Virus genome (UHGV): UHGV-0206534
DNA length: 47,037 nucleotides
DNA from: a virus
Direction: 5' to 3' (one strand)
How positions within the stretch are numbered: the stretch's first letter is position 1; every line of letters starts with the position of its first letter. Below the pieces are notes generated by a model. The model saw only the letters and a program-made list of their open reading frames with translations. It was not told the DNA's origin and searched no databases. This document shows, piece by piece, positions 35,753-46,119 of this stretch. Both the position numbers and the translations under genes were made by a program.

Positions 35753-36222
35753 TGCCAACATTGCGTGAATACCAGTCAAAAAGGCCAAACTGGAAGCTGT
35801 ATGACACCATAACCTTTTATCATTCTTCATTTGGTTATTTCAGGCTAGTTGGCAATGAGTTTTCTGATATTGTACTTGGCGGTCAGACTTACCAGCCAGT
35901 GCGTATGGATGTAACCAGAAGCCAGCAATCGAACACGCCGGTAATCAATGCCACGCTGAAGTTTGCGAGACTGGCAAATGACTTTAAGCAATATTTAAAG
36001 TTATGGTCAGGTTCTGGACGCATTGAGCCTATCACTGCGTTATACCAGCGTTTTGACGAGACTGACAAAAACACACCATTAAAACCATATACGCTTTATG
36101 TTAACGATGTGACGCTTGATCAGTCTGATGTAACTGTCTCCATATCTATAAAAAACCCAATCAATGGCAACGTGGCAAAACTTTATGACATCACAGAATT
36201 TCCCGGACTGCGTACCGTTTGA
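35752..36222 (+). CDS. Minor tail protein L-like
   Basis: [11 protein letters not shown]...TLKF resembles lambda gpL GRQYQPYPIQ...TLTV. Confidence 0.55.
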   Translation: MPTLREYQSKRPNWKLYDTITFYHSSFGYFRLVGNEFSDIVLGGQTYQPVRMDVTRSQQSNTPVINATLKFARLANDFKQYLKLWSGSGRIEPITALYQRFDETDKNTPLKPYTLYVNDVTLDQSDVTVSISIKNPINGNVAKLYDITEFPGLRTV

Positions 36223-36643
36223 CGATTTTGAAAGAATGATGGCTGGCAAGCCATACGTTGACAGATGCTGTCACGTTGATGCAGTTGACTGCTGGGGTCT
36301 GGTGGTGCTTTTCTATCGTCTTTGCATGAATGTTAATGTCCATCATGATGATTCATATTCAAATGGCGGAGATTTTGCCACTTGCTTCAATGGGGAAGTT
36401 TCATTCTGGAAAGACACCGACCATCCCAAAACTGGCGATGTGGTGGTTGCCTATCGCGGGAGTCACCCGGTACATGTCGCGCTATGGTGGGGTCGTGATA
36501 AAATACTGCATGCGCGAGAGAAAACGGCAGTCAAGACAGACCGCCTTAAAACACTCGAAAAATTATCAACAAAATTAAGGTTCCTGACTTATGCCGGTTA
36601 TTCACATTCAGAAGATGCCAGGAGTTCCAAAAGAGACGGGTAA
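36164..36643 (+). CDS. Tail assembly protein K-like (NlpC/P60 peptidase); start uncertain
   Basis: Cys-His-His triad in CWGLVVLFY...HVALWWG...ILHA. Confidence 0.55.
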   Translation: MATWQNFMTSQNFPDCVPFDDFERMMAGKPYVDRCCHVDAVDCWGLVVLFYRLCMNVNVHHDDSYSNGGDFATCFNGEVSFWKDTDHPKTGDVVVAYRGSHPVHVALWWGRDKILHAREKTAVKTDRLKTLEKLSTKLRFLTYAGYSHSEDARSSKRDG

Positions 36644-39071
36644 TGTTCCTGCTGGCACTAATCTGTGGAGATGGCTGGAGAATTCCGGTCTTCCATCTGA
36701 CATCAGGATTGCACTGAATGGCCGCATTTTTGGCCCTGATGATGAATTGTCGATATCGTTAAAGCAAAACGATATTGTTAACATTTACTGCCAGCCTCGC
36801 GGCGCCATTGGCGACCTTATCAGCACGATACTCAAGCCTGTAACTAAGGTTCTTTCTTTTCTGCTGCCAAAAGCATCAACGCCATCAACCAGCACTGGTG
36901 CTACGGTTGAATCACCCAATAACAGCCTGAAATCTCAAACCAATATTGCGCGAAATGGAGAGGCAAGACCTGACAACTTCGGTCAGATAAGGGCATTCCC
37001 TGACCTGATTCAGGAATCGCTTTTTGAATACATTGACGATCTGAAGTACGTCACTGAGTTCATGAACTTTGGCCTTGGGAAATACACCATTTCTTCGGTT
37101 CGCTACGCGGAAACCAACCTCGGCTCTCTGCCCGGGGCGACGCACGTCATCTACAATCCAGGTGACGTGATTGGACAAATCATTGAGCCTTACCAGTTCG
37201 ACGGGCTTGATGGTCAGGAGGTTCCAGGACTGAACGAATCAGAAGATACCCCGATAGAGACAGCGACCACAACATCTGTTACCAGTGGTGATTATGCTGG
37301 CGGACAGTTGTTAATGGTCATACCAAAAAACACTGATTTCGATTATTTTATGGGGTTGTCTTTGCCTCACTCAGTGTCATTAACAATAAATATTACCTAC
37401 AACTCGACATCCGGGCCAGTTACTGAAAATATCCAGCTTAGTGGGAACATCATTGCAGCTGAGGAAACCGAGACAGGCGTCATTCCTGATATTCAGTATT
37501 TTTATAATTTCACCTTCAATAACCTGACTGGCGCAAATCTTGGCAACCTGACCGGCGCAACCATCAACAACACTTATTTCCAGATTGTGGATAATGAGGC
37601 GCTTGTTGTTGGACCATATGTTGGAGCCGTGGAGTCGACGCAGGTATGGGTTCACGTTCAGTCTGAGCTTGGGCCTACCAGTGGTACGGCAGATTATCTG
37701 ATCAAGGTATGGGCGGTTAATGATAATGGGGATGCCATTCCAGGAACTGAGGAGCAGCTTGCAGACAGTATTGACAACCCATTCAATCAGACAACCAAAA
37801 CCTATTATCGCACGTATAAGTTAACTCCTGCTTATGGGCTGGCTAAGTATGCGATCAGCATTGAAAGGACAAACAATTCAAACTCTGGCAACCGCGTAAC
37901 TTTGCAGGCGGCGCACGCCATCAACATCCGCGAGAATGTGGTTTATCCTGATGACACCCTTGTTAAAGTCACGGTGAAGGCCACGCTTCAGCCAACATCA
38001 GTTACTGAGCGCAAATATAATGCGCTCATCACCCGATGGACTATTGGATACAACAGAACAACCGGGACAGTCGACTATACGTTAACTCCATCAAGAAGTT
38101 TTGCAGATTCAGTGCTGCATAACTGGCTTATTACTGCTGGTCAGCCTGAAAGCACTATTGACGTGGGAAGGCTCTATGAAATAGCTGATGCACTGCCTGA
38201 TCAGCGCCTTGGGTATTTTGATTACACCTTTGACGATGAGGATAAGTCTATTGGTGAGAGGATTCAGACCATCTGTGATGCTGCTCGCGTCACAGTATTC
38301 TGGGATGATGGCGTCCTGTCTTTCTCGCGTGATGAACAAAAATCAACGCCTGAAACGGTATTCAACACAAGGAATACGCAGGCAGATGGTTACAAGATGT
38401 CATATGACATGACCCTTCCGGGTTCATATGATGGCGTCAGCGTCCAGTACCGAGACCCCAACACCAACAAGCAGGCATACGTTTATTATAAAATTGGAGC
38501 TTCTGGCATTGAGGAAGGCGAGCCATCGAAGGCGAAGAAATTCGAAATGCTGTATGTCAGAAACCTTTATCAGGCAACCGACCGAGCCATCCTTGAGTGC
38601 AACCGCCTGATGTATTCCCGCCGAGGCATGGAAATTAAGGCGCTGGCTGATGGCGAGTGGGTAAACGTCGGCGACATGATTTCCGTTGTCGACATCTACG
38701 ATTCCGTGCAGCAGACTGGCGTTATCCGCTCCAGAAATGGCAATTCATTCACCACAAGCGAGCAGCTCACAGCAGGGAACGGCTTGTTTGTAGTTATCAC
38801 TGGCGCCAATGGGAATGTGTCAGAACGCCTGGCTTGCACCGTTACTGGATTGAATACATTCGAATGCGCATTGCCATCTTATTTCGAGTTAAACATTTTT
38901 GACGGTGTTAATGTTCAGTCAGAATCAAGATATGCCATCTCAACAGAGGTTGATCTTGATTCAACGCTATGGACAGTCAGCCAGAAAAATCCTGGCACAG
39001 ATGGTACAGTCTCACTGACTGTAACCGAGTACAATGATTCCATGTACGCCTACACCAATCCTGTTGCATGA
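36591..39071 (+). CDS. Tail tip protein (gpI-like N-terminus fused to gpJ-like central fibre/host-specificity region)
   Basis: 826 aa. Ubiquitin-like N-terminal region followed by beta-rich repeats. Confidence 0.55.
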   Translation: MPVIHIQKMPGVPKETGNVPAGTNLWRWLENSGLPSDIRIALNGRIFGPDDELSISLKQNDIVNIYCQPRGAIGDLISTILKPVTKVLSFLLPKASTPSTSTGATVESPNNSLKSQTNIARNGEARPDNFGQIRAFPDLIQESLFEYIDDLKYVTEFMNFGLGKYTISSVRYAETNLGSLPGATHVIYNPGDVIGQIIEPYQFDGLDGQEVPGLNESEDTPIETATTTSVTSGDYAGGQLLMVIPKNTDFDYFMGLSLPHSVSLTINITYNSTSGPVTENIQLSGNIIAAEETETGVIPDIQYFYNFTFNNLTGANLGNLTGATINNTYFQIVDNEALVVGPYVGAVESTQVWVHVQSELGPTSGTADYLIKVWAVNDNGDAIPGTEEQLADSIDNPFNQTTKTYYRTYKLTPAYGLAKYAISIERTNNSNSGNRVTLQAAHAINIRENVVYPDDTLVKVTVKATLQPTSVTERKYNALITRWTIGYNRTTGTVDYTLTPSRSFADSVLHNWLITAGQPESTIDVGRLYEIADALPDQRLGYFDYTFDDEDKSIGERIQTICDAARVTVFWDDGVLSFSRDEQKSTPETVFNTRNTQADGYKMSYDMTLPGSYDGVSVQYRDPNTNKQAYVYYKIGASGIEEGEPSKAKKFEMLYVRNLYQATDRAILECNRLMYSRRGMEIKALADGEWVNVGDMISVVDIYDSVQQTGVIRSRNGNSFTTSEQLTAGNGLFVVITGANGNVSERLACTVTGLNTFECALPSYFELNIFDGVNVQSESRYAISTEVDLDSTLWTVSQKNPGTDGTVSLTVTEYNDSMYAYTNPVA

Positions 39072-39100
39072 TACAATAGGGCAATTAATGATTACGGAGA

Positions 39101-40996
39101 TTGCAGCCAATGGCTACTACACCAACTAACAAGCCAATCCCTTCTGAAGACCCGCGCGACCTGAAATTTAACGCCGGTAAGATTGATGAAGAGGTAAATG
39201 GAAGCGCTGATTACTATACTGATCGCTTTGGTATGCAGAGGCTGACGAATACCGGCAGAAATAACCTGTTTCAAGGCCAGATGACTCAGCAGGCTGATGA
39301 CTGGCTTTCTCAATTTAACCAGCAGGAATCTGAATTTCAGCAATTCCTTTTAAATTCTGGGTATCAGTTTTTGGGTGATTATGAAGATGGCCCATACACA
39401 ATAACAGCTAGAAACCAGATTATTCGTTATCAGAACGAGTTCTGGCGTTTAGATGCTGCAACCAATCCACCATATACAACTACAGGTGTCAATAGCACGT
39501 CATGGGCTGTTGATGTTACTCATTTGGTTAGTGTTGGCGATGCAACACTAAGACAAGACCTAGCTGCAGGTACTGTTACTATAGGCAACCAAAATACTGT
39601 AACTGTAGCAAAAGGACTTTTTTATATAATTCCAAACGCTATCGGAGACGGGGTAGCCGATGATACCTTGGCGGTACAGGATGCTATTAACAGGTGCGCT
39701 AAAGGCGTTTTAGTAATACCGCCCGGCAAAAAATACCGCTGCCGTAATTTAACGGTTCCTCATCCTATGGCGTTTTGGAGCGCGGCGCGCAGACTGGATA
39801 CCTGGCTAGAGCCTTATGGTAATGATGGCGGAACCATTCACTCTGGTGATTTCATTAAAATAAAAACAACTGGAACTGTAAGTTTCTTTAACATATCCCT
39901 GGAGGCAAGACACGTAACTCTAAGCTATGTTGATGGTCAAAGGCTTAATGGTGTCAATGGCGGTGATAACACATCTGGTGTCTATCAATCCGGTTTTGCC
40001 ATGTACAACTGCAGCGTATCCGGTTTTTCTGGGATAAACATTAGAGGCGGTAACAATAAATCCTTCGGCACTATATCCTCAAACACTCAGAGTGAGAGTT
40101 CAGGTCTTTCATGTATTGTTATTAATGGTGTAGATTGGCGCATTGACCATGCTTATGTAGGTCGCTCTAAAGAACGGCATGGTATTGAAGTATATGGTCA
40201 GTCAAACGCAATAACACATTGCGATTCTTATTTTAACTATCGGGACGGCATAGCATACGAAGTAACAACCGGTAACGTGCTAATTTCAATAGAAAACTGT
40301 GTTGTTAATAGTAATGGTGAAAACGGTATTCGCATTTCTGGCCCATATCAGCAGCAGGGCGGATGCAAAGTAATTAATAATAAAATATGGAATAACAGTA
40401 AGAATAGTGATGGTGTGTACCACAACATAGACATCAACTATGGCAGGGGTCACCAGGTGCATGGTAATCTGCACTATGAGTACACTGCATCGGCAGATGC
40501 GGGAGGTTCTCCACGGTGTGCTTTTTGTCTTAATCTTCGTGGTGGCGCCACTCTTTCTGGGGCTTGGAATGATAGCGTAGACCCATTGTATTCGTATAGG
40601 TCAGGAGCCATAAATGTCGAAACTCAGACAGTGACCAATCAGGATGGTTATAAAATAGGTTCTGGCGTTGATTTCTCAAAAGGAATAACCAATGATACAA
40701 GAATTGGATTCTCAGTAACGATAAACGGAGAGTCATTCCCCAGGGTTGAAATTGCTGCTGGTGCTGTTAAGTTAGGTAACGGGGCTTCGGCAACCTCTCA
40801 CGGTATACAGCAACTTGCCGCCTATCCCAATGTAACGATGGGCATTAGAGGTTTGGGTGTTGTTGGTAATTGGGAGACATCTCTTTTTCGTATTGGAACA
40901 TTTAGGCTATGGAGTGATGGGTCTGGAAACTTACGGGTCAAAAAAGGTAGTGACCCAACATCTGCAACCGATGGTGTTATTTTAACTTCTGCATAA
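39101..40996 (+). CDS. Tailspike/tail fibre with right-handed beta-helix (putative depolymerase)
   Basis: Conserved N-terminal anchor, then repeated G.N..I motifs typical of pectate-lyase-like beta-helices. Confidence 0.6.
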   Translation: MQPMATTPTNKPIPSEDPRDLKFNAGKIDEEVNGSADYYTDRFGMQRLTNTGRNNLFQGQMTQQADDWLSQFNQQESEFQQFLLNSGYQFLGDYEDGPYTITARNQIIRYQNEFWRLDAATNPPYTTTGVNSTSWAVDVTHLVSVGDATLRQDLAAGTVTIGNQNTVTVAKGLFYIIPNAIGDGVADDTLAVQDAINRCAKGVLVIPPGKKYRCRNLTVPHPMAFWSAARRLDTWLEPYGNDGGTIHSGDFIKIKTTGTVSFFNISLEARHVTLSYVDGQRLNGVNGGDNTSGVYQSGFAMYNCSVSGFSGINIRGGNNKSFGTISSNTQSESSGLSCIVINGVDWRIDHAYVGRSKERHGIEVYGQSNAITHCDSYFNYRDGIAYEVTTGNVLISIENCVVNSNGENGIRISGPYQQQGGCKVINNKIWNNSKNSDGVYHNIDINYGRGHQVHGNLHYEYTASADAGGSPRCAFCLNLRGGATLSGAWNDSVDPLYSYRSGAINVETQTVTNQDGYKIGSGVDFSKGITNDTRIGFSVTINGESFPRVEIAAGAVKLGNGASATSHGIQQLAAYPNVTMGIRGLGVVGNWETSLFRIGTFRLWSDGSGNLRVKKGSDPTSATDGVILTSA

Positions 40997-41008
40997 AATG
41001 GGGGTAAC

Positions 41009-41278
41009 ATGAATTTTGGCGATGCTCTGCAAAAATTGAGAAACGGGTCGGCGGTATTTTTGGATGACTGGAAAAGCGGTGAAGAAAAAAATACCTTCAT
41101 TTATCTATCAGGTGGTTTTCAGTCCAACAGTAACGCTCCACAGGCATTAACTGAAAACGGAATCAGCACATTTTACGTTTCCTCTCGTATTGATAAAAGA
41201 CTTGCTACGGGGGAGGTTATTTATGGATGGGTGCCATCTCAAAGTGAAATGCTTTCAGATGCATGGGATGAGATTTAA
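41009..41278 (+). CDS. DUF2829-like small protein (Tad2-like, candidate Thoeris anti-defence protein)
   Basis: N-terminal MNFGDALQKLRNGSAVFLDDW...FIYL follows the DUF2829 pattern MNFGEALEALKxGKKVARxGW...FIYL. 89 aa. Moron-like position after the tail fibre. Confidence 0.4.
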   Translation: MNFGDALQKLRNGSAVFLDDWKSGEEKNTFIYLSGGFQSNSNAPQALTENGISTFYVSSRIDKRLATGEVIYGWVPSQSEMLSDAWDEI

Positions 41279-41289
41279 AATGTGATACA

Positions 41290-41310
41290 AAAGGGCCATT
41301 AGGCCCTTTC
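41290..41310. terminator. Bidirectional hairpin terminator
   Basis: AAAGGGCCATTAGGCCCTTTCTT. Confidence 0.6.
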
Positions 41311-41314
41311 TTCA

Positions 41315-41818
41315 TCAAAACGGAATATCATCGTCAAAATCCATCGGAGGCTCGTTTACCGGTGGTTTTGGTGTGTTTGATGGTTGCTGAGGCTTACCCC
41401 ATCCTGTTTGCTGATTACTTCCTGACTGTTGCCGCTTCTGTGATTGTTGGTTCCCATTATCATTTGATTTACCACCAATCATTTGCATAACGCCGTTCAT
41501 AGGCTGCAAGACGATTTCAGTGGCGTATTTTTCAACTCCGCTTTGATCTGTCCATTTGCGAGTGCGTAATTTGCCTTCTACATACACCTGAGAGCCTTTG
41601 TGTAGGTATTCGCCAGCTACCTCCGCCAGCTTTCCGAAGATAACCACGCGATGCCATTCTGTCTGCTCTTTCTTTTCACCTGTGGCCTTGTCATTCCACT
41701 GTTCTGATGTTGCCAGAGAAAGGTTGCACACAGCGCCGCCAGAAGGCATATATTTCACTTCCGGGTCTTGGCCGAGTGTGCCCAAAATGATTACTTTGTT
41801 GATTCCGCGAGTCGCCAT
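41315..41818 (-). CDS. ssb: Single-stranded DNA-binding protein
   Basis: OB-fold N-terminus, Gly/Gln-rich linker and acidic tail DDDIPF. Confidence 0.9.
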   Translation of the reverse strand: MATRGINKVIILGTLGQDPEVKYMPSGGAVCNLSLATSEQWNDKATGEKKEQTEWHRVVIFGKLAEVAGEYLHKGSQVYVEGKLRTRKWTDQSGVEKYATEIVLQPMNGVMQMIGGKSNDNGNQQSQKRQQSGSNQQTGWGKPQQPSNTPKPPVNEPPMDFDDDIPF

Positions 41819-41827
41819 AAATTACCC

Positions 41828-42490
41828 TTAAAAGTTTTCGATGTTCTGTTGAGATGTTGATGGCTTCTCTTCGGTTGCAGATGGCGCAGGCGCCTCTGCT
41901 TTCTGGAGTTTGGCCGGGTTGAAATCACTGCCTCCAGCAATGAATTTCGCTTTCATTTCCTGGTATGCGCCGACGATTACGCGAGTGGCAGCGTCATCAC
42001 CACGGAATGATTTGTATTCTTCACCATAAATAGCAGTAAGCTCATCCATGCTTGCTGCTGAACGAATGAGTGCAGCCGCATCTTTAGGAGACTTCCGCGC
42101 AGCATTGCCATCGTCATCAGCCTGCGCAATACCGAATATAGACGCAATAGAGTAGCGGCGCGCATACGTCATTGCGGAGCCATAACCCTGCGCGTCTTTC
42201 TTGGCAACCGGCATTGGCATGACTGAAGACATGTATTCGCCAGACTCATGCATGATTGTTGTTTCCAGCTTCAAAACATCAACCGTATCGCTCTCAATGG
42301 CGTTCTGGATGATGATAAGACCGTTAGCCTCAAGCGCTGGCCTGATGGCATTCAGGAATGACTCAAGGTTAGCATAGTTGCTTTTAAGGTGAGGGTTTTG
42401 TGCGTTCTTTTTAGCGCTGCTACTCATTACCTTGCGAGCTTCTACAAGGGCCTTAATCAGGTTTGCTTTCTGTTCTGAAAATTTCATCAC
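41828..42490 (-). CDS. erf: ERF-family single-strand annealing protein
   Basis: NPHLKSNYANLESFLNAIRPAL and MTYARRYSIASIFGIA are conserved ERF-family blocks. Confidence 0.75.
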   Translation of the reverse strand: MMKFSEQKANLIKALVEARKVMSSSAKKNAQNPHLKSNYANLESFLNAIRPALEANGLIIIQNAIESDTVDVLKLETTIMHESGEYMSSVMPMPVAKKDAQGYGSAMTYARRYSIASIFGIAQADDDGNAARKSPKDAAALIRSAASMDELTAIYGEEYKSFRGDDAATRVIVGAYQEMKAKFIAGGSDFNPAKLQKAEAPAPSATEEKPSTSQQNIENF

Positions 42491-42510
42491 TTCGCCTCAT
42501 TTACTATAAA

Positions 42511-43467
42511 TTACAGGTTAAATTTCTTTTTGAACCATTCTGGCGTTTCCATTTCGATGACCGGATTACCAATTGAGTAACCGGGCCATGAATTGGCTTT
42601 TTTGCATGCCTTATAGATTTCCATCGCGCTGCGCAGTTGAATGCGACCAATGCGTAACTGCTCATCCGTCAGGCGAATCAACGCAGGGATGAATGGAGAT
42701 TTTTTCTCCTGCACGAGAAGGTTTACCGATCGAGGCGCATGCCCATAAGCCTCGACAAACATGTCGTGCTGCATCACCATCTTCATAAAGTACCCGAGAC
42801 GGGCGGCATGGCGGAAAAACTCATCAGGCTTGGCGCTCACTGCTGTTTTGTAGTCGATGATGTCGCCGCCGCGAGTAAGGCAGTCAAAGCGTACTTTTGA
42901 TGGCTCGCCAAGCAACTCACCGAGAATTGACACCTCGGAATAAGCACCAGAAAGCAGGCTGCTGTAATAGCTGTTTGCATGGATTACGGCGCGCATCTGC
43001 ATGATGGCGTCATAATCATTGCCTTCCAGCATTGATTTACCAGTAGCGGCCTTCTCTGCTTCTTCACGGATAACATCGTAAATCTGCACTGTCTCGCCAG
43101 TGGCCTGAATGATTTTTATCACATCAGCTTTCGACTTCCCTGAAAGACCTTTGATGCCGCGCTCTTTTGCCCATGAGTTCATGTCAGAAGCAGTTACCAG
43201 CACCGTGCGATTGCCATCTTTGTCTTTTGGAAAATCTTCGACAATTGGCATGCGGGCATATTCTGATTCGAAGCGCTCAGGCTCAAGCAGTGCGGTATGG
43301 CTACCGGTTCCGAAGACAAGAGCCTTTGATTGCTCATCTTCTTCGTCTTTGTAGCGCCAGGCTGCCGGGCAGCGGTCATAGATGTTCCACAGACCAGAGC
43401 CGTTGATGTGCTCAGTGTCTGCGTGGTAAGACTCATTGCTTAACTCATTATTAAAATATACTTTCAT
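42511..43467 (-). CDS. PD-(D/E)xK exonuclease (YqaJ/lambda-Exo-like recombination exonuclease)
   Basis: D...DIIDYKT catalytic motif. Positioned directly upstream of the ERF gene. Confidence 0.6.
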   Translation of the reverse strand: MKVYFNNELSNESYHADTEHINGSGLWNIYDRCPAAWRYKDEEDEQSKALVFGTGSHTALLEPERFESEYARMPIVEDFPKDKDGNRTVLVTASDMNSWAKERGIKGLSGKSKADVIKIIQATGETVQIYDVIREEAEKAATGKSMLEGNDYDAIMQMRAVIHANSYYSSLLSGAYSEVSILGELLGEPSKVRFDCLTRGGDIIDYKTAVSAKPDEFFRHAARLGYFMKMVMQHDMFVEAYGHAPRSVNLLVQEKKSPFIPALIRLTDEQLRIGRIQLRSAMEIYKACKKANSWPGYSIGNPVIEMETPEWFKKKFNL

Positions 43468-43653
43468 TTAATCACCACTGTATTCACGTAACGCTTCGAC
43501 AATTTTCATTGCATCATCAAGCAATGAATAACCATCGCTGACAACATAACCGCCATCATCAAGTTCGTTTAACTTAACAAGAAGATTGCGTAGCATTTCG
43601 CATTGCCACTCAGCATCAAAACTATCCGGAACCTCAATATCCATCTTCATCAC
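43468..43653 (-). CDS. Hypothetical acidic protein (61 aa)
   Basis: First gene of the recombination operon. ATGA overlap. Confidence 0.4.
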   Translation of the reverse strand: MMKMDIEVPDSFDAEWQCEMLRNLLVKLNELDDGGYVVSDGYSLLDDAMKIVEALREYSGD

Positions 43654-43675
43654 CTCACTTGTCGTTGTGTAAATG

Positions 43676-43720
43676 AATCTACATCAATCTACATCAAAAG
43701 GCAAGCCAAAATACGTCAAC
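43676..43720. promoter_or_regulatory. Promoter region with a tandem degenerate conserved element
   Basis: GAATCTACATCAATCTACATCAAAAGG and ATACGTCAAC. Overlaps the 3' end of the VRR-NUC gene. Confidence 0.45.
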
Positions 43721-44124
43721 ACTGCAATCTTTATCTGGTCGAGTCCACACGCCACCGCAGAGAACGCGCCAGCGCTGGCGCTATCGTTGAGAAACGGTAT
43801 CTGTCCTGGTTGCCATTTGCTAAGCGTTGAATCGTGGCGCTTCAACTCTATCGTCGCTTTATGCCAATCACCACCAGGAGTCAGGATTATCACATCAGAC
43901 ACCCCTGACCTGACACCTTTCCTTGCGCGCGATGCCAGATGCTGCACTGAGTTGCTTTTAGTCTCCTGAGATGGATGGAACCACAGCACATCAGGAAACC
44001 GATAATCCATCCACCACTTGAACGCTATCAAGTCTGAATCCTCATGCGGACACTCGCCACGGTAACCATCATCAAAAATTAATACCTTGTCACTCAGCTC
44101 ATGCTGCTTGAATCGCTTTTTCAC
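43684..44124 (-). CDS. VRR-NUC domain nuclease
   Basis: GVSDVIILTPGG...ATIELKRHDSTLSKWQ matches the VRR-NUC PD-(D/E)xK core. Confidence 0.6.
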   Translation of the reverse strand: MKKRFKQHELSDKVLIFDDGYRGECPHEDSDLIAFKWWMDYRFPDVLWFHPSQETKSNSVQHLASRARKGVRSGVSDVIILTPGGDWHKATIELKRHDSTLSKWQPGQIPFLNDSASAGAFSAVACGLDQIKIAVLTYFGLPFDVD

Positions 44125-44134
44125 TTTGCTCTCC

Positions 44135-46069
44135 TTAAAATTCTTTGCGGTGTATTATGTCTCGGCCTTTGTCGTTAAAGCGATGCGTGATGCGCTTTGG
44201 GGCACGGATAAGGCCAGTAAACGCCATGAATGCTTTTGCACTGCGGCAATTAATAAGGTTATCAATTAGATTCCTGTCTGACACATGATTTAACAAACCT
44301 TTAATCTTGAACTGATTTTTCAGATACTTCTCCTGTCTTCCAAATGGATAAAAGACCTCATTAGCCCATCCTTCCTTCCCGTTTTCCTTCATAATGAAAT
44401 AACGATAAACAACACCTTTTTCATCTTTCGTTAATTCAATCTTGAAGTCTTTAACTTCAGTCCATTCATTATCCGTATAAGCACGCTCATTGAGAGCCGC
44501 GTTAGGGTCGCGCAAAACGTGATCGCATTGACGGCAATAACGAGCTGTCGGGTCGTTCTTTGTGCCGCAACCATCATCAAAAATACGGATGCCGTGCTTG
44601 TCGAAACCACAGCGAATGAAGCTGAAAAACTCTTCGCATCGTCCATCTGGAGACGTTGAGTCTTTACCGATGCAGCGCCGTGCATATGGGCTGTTCATCG
44701 TCTGGCATTTAGGGCATGGAACCTGCTCTCCGCTGCGCTTGGCGCGCTGCGCTTCTGCTTCCTCAAGAATAGGGTCTTCGTACAGACCGCCCAACTCGAA
44801 CATGGTTCCGGTGAAGTCAAGGCAAAGATGGTTTTCTTTCACCAGACCTGCGGCAATATGGTCTGGCTTCAAAAGGCGCATTGGTCGGCCAAGCAACTGC
44901 GTCAGAAGCGTTAGTGACATGATTTTTCTCAGGATGACAGACGTGTCCCAATATGGGATGTTGACGCCAGTCGTCAGGCAACCGATTTGCAACGTGTATT
45001 TTTTACGCCCGGTGGCTGCATCTTTCAGTGCTTTTCGTCTGGCTTTCTGACCCATATCCTCGGTAACAATGGAATAACTGCCTTCTGGTAAGTATTTTGC
45101 AGCCTCCTTGCAATGTTTTTTACCGGCGCAGGTAATGAGTACACCGAGTCTGTCGCGCGTAAGCTCCATGACTTTTAGCATTATTTTTTGCGTCAATGTA
45201 CCCTGCTTGAGGATTTCTTCCTGCATCTCTTTTAGCTGGCTATCAGTAAAGTCCTGCACTCCGTCAGCGTCACTACTGGCAAACTCATGCAGATCGTATT
45301 GCAAGTCCTCGATATCCTGCCCGCCAAAAATTGTCGGCACCAGAAAACCAAGGTCGACAAGGTATTTCGTGCTGATGTTGACGATTTCGTGTTTCCAGTA
45401 AGCCCCCTTTATCGACTCAACTCCGCGAAATGGGCTGCCGGTGTAGCCAATGACAATCACCTCATGCCCATACTTCGCTTTACAGCGCCGGTTAAGTTCA
45501 TTCATGATGACACCGTACTGCGTCTCTGGCTGCTCTGATATTATGTCCTGCCAGTTAACCTGATGGCATTCATCAACCAGTATGTAGCGCGGGGAAAAGT
45601 CAGAAAGCAAAGATTTTGTCACTGTGCCATCATCTGCCGTCTTATCAAAAAGGCCATTTATTATTGTGCCCTCCGTTCCCGCGATAAGCGGATAGGCATA
45701 TGCCTTACGCCCAAGTGAAGCGCTAAACAAAGAGTTTTTTACGCTCAGGTTCCAAAGCTCCTCAGCATCCTGCTCAATAATTTCGCCTTGTCGTGCGATG
45801 ACAAGACCCTCCCACTCCATATCCTGGAAACGACGGGCAATCATGGCTATCATGATGGTCTTACCGGCGCCAACTGAAGCGGTGACATAACTTGGCTTTG
45901 GCTGCTTACCAAACTTGCGGATAACCTCAGCTGTCTTTTCATATACCAGCCACTGATAGGGGCGCGGTTCAATTTCCCCGGTATGGATGCTGTCCCGCAG
46001 CTTATCCATATCCAGCTCAGCAATCATTGCATCAATTTTTTGCACTTCATCCACCTTTGTGTTGCTCAA
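44135..46069 (-). CDS. SF2 (DEAD/DEAH-like) DNA helicase with C-terminal zinc ribbons; TTG or internal GTG start
   Basis: Walker A SVGAGKT, DECH box and multiple CxxC pairs. The codon at 46069 is TTG. An alternative GTG at 46045 is preceded by AAGGTGG. Confidence 0.7.
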   Translation of the reverse strand: MSNTKVDEVQKIDAMIAELDMDKLRDSIHTGEIEPRPYQWLVYEKTAEVIRKFGKQPKPSYVTASVGAGKTIMIAMIARRFQDMEWEGLVIARQGEIIEQDAEELWNLSVKNSLFSASLGRKAYAYPLIAGTEGTIINGLFDKTADDGTVTKSLLSDFSPRYILVDECHQVNWQDIISEQPETQYGVIMNELNRRCKAKYGHEVIVIGYTGSPFRGVESIKGAYWKHEIVNISTKYLVDLGFLVPTIFGGQDIEDLQYDLHEFASSDADGVQDFTDSQLKEMQEEILKQGTLTQKIMLKVMELTRDRLGVLITCAGKKHCKEAAKYLPEGSYSIVTEDMGQKARRKALKDAATGRKKYTLQIGCLTTGVNIPYWDTSVILRKIMSLTLLTQLLGRPMRLLKPDHIAAGLVKENHLCLDFTGTMFELGGLYEDPILEEAEAQRAKRSGEQVPCPKCQTMNSPYARRCIGKDSTSPDGRCEEFFSFIRCGFDKHGIRIFDDGCGTKNDPTARYCRQCDHVLRDPNAALNERAYTDNEWTEVKDFKIELTKDEKGVVYRYFIMKENGKEGWANEVFYPFGRQEKYLKNQFKIKGLLNHVSDRNLIDNLINCRSAKAFMAFTGLIRAPKRITHRFNDKGRDIIHRKEF

Positions 46070-46100
46070 TCTACGTCACAATAGTAGACTTAATCTACGG
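46065..46100. promoter_or_regulatory. Divergent promoter region with conserved element and a partial copy
   Basis: CTCAATCTACGTCAC (46065-79), an inverted TAGTAGACT, and AATCTACGG (46092-100). Confidence 0.5.
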
Positions 46101-46119
46101 CAATAATCAAGGTTAAATT

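Noticed and set aside
8262-46100. Repeated AATCTACGTCA element as a CRISPR array or att sites
   Set aside because: Copies are dispersed over the whole genome at irregular spacing, always in promoter regions. They are not regularly interspaced and not clustered.
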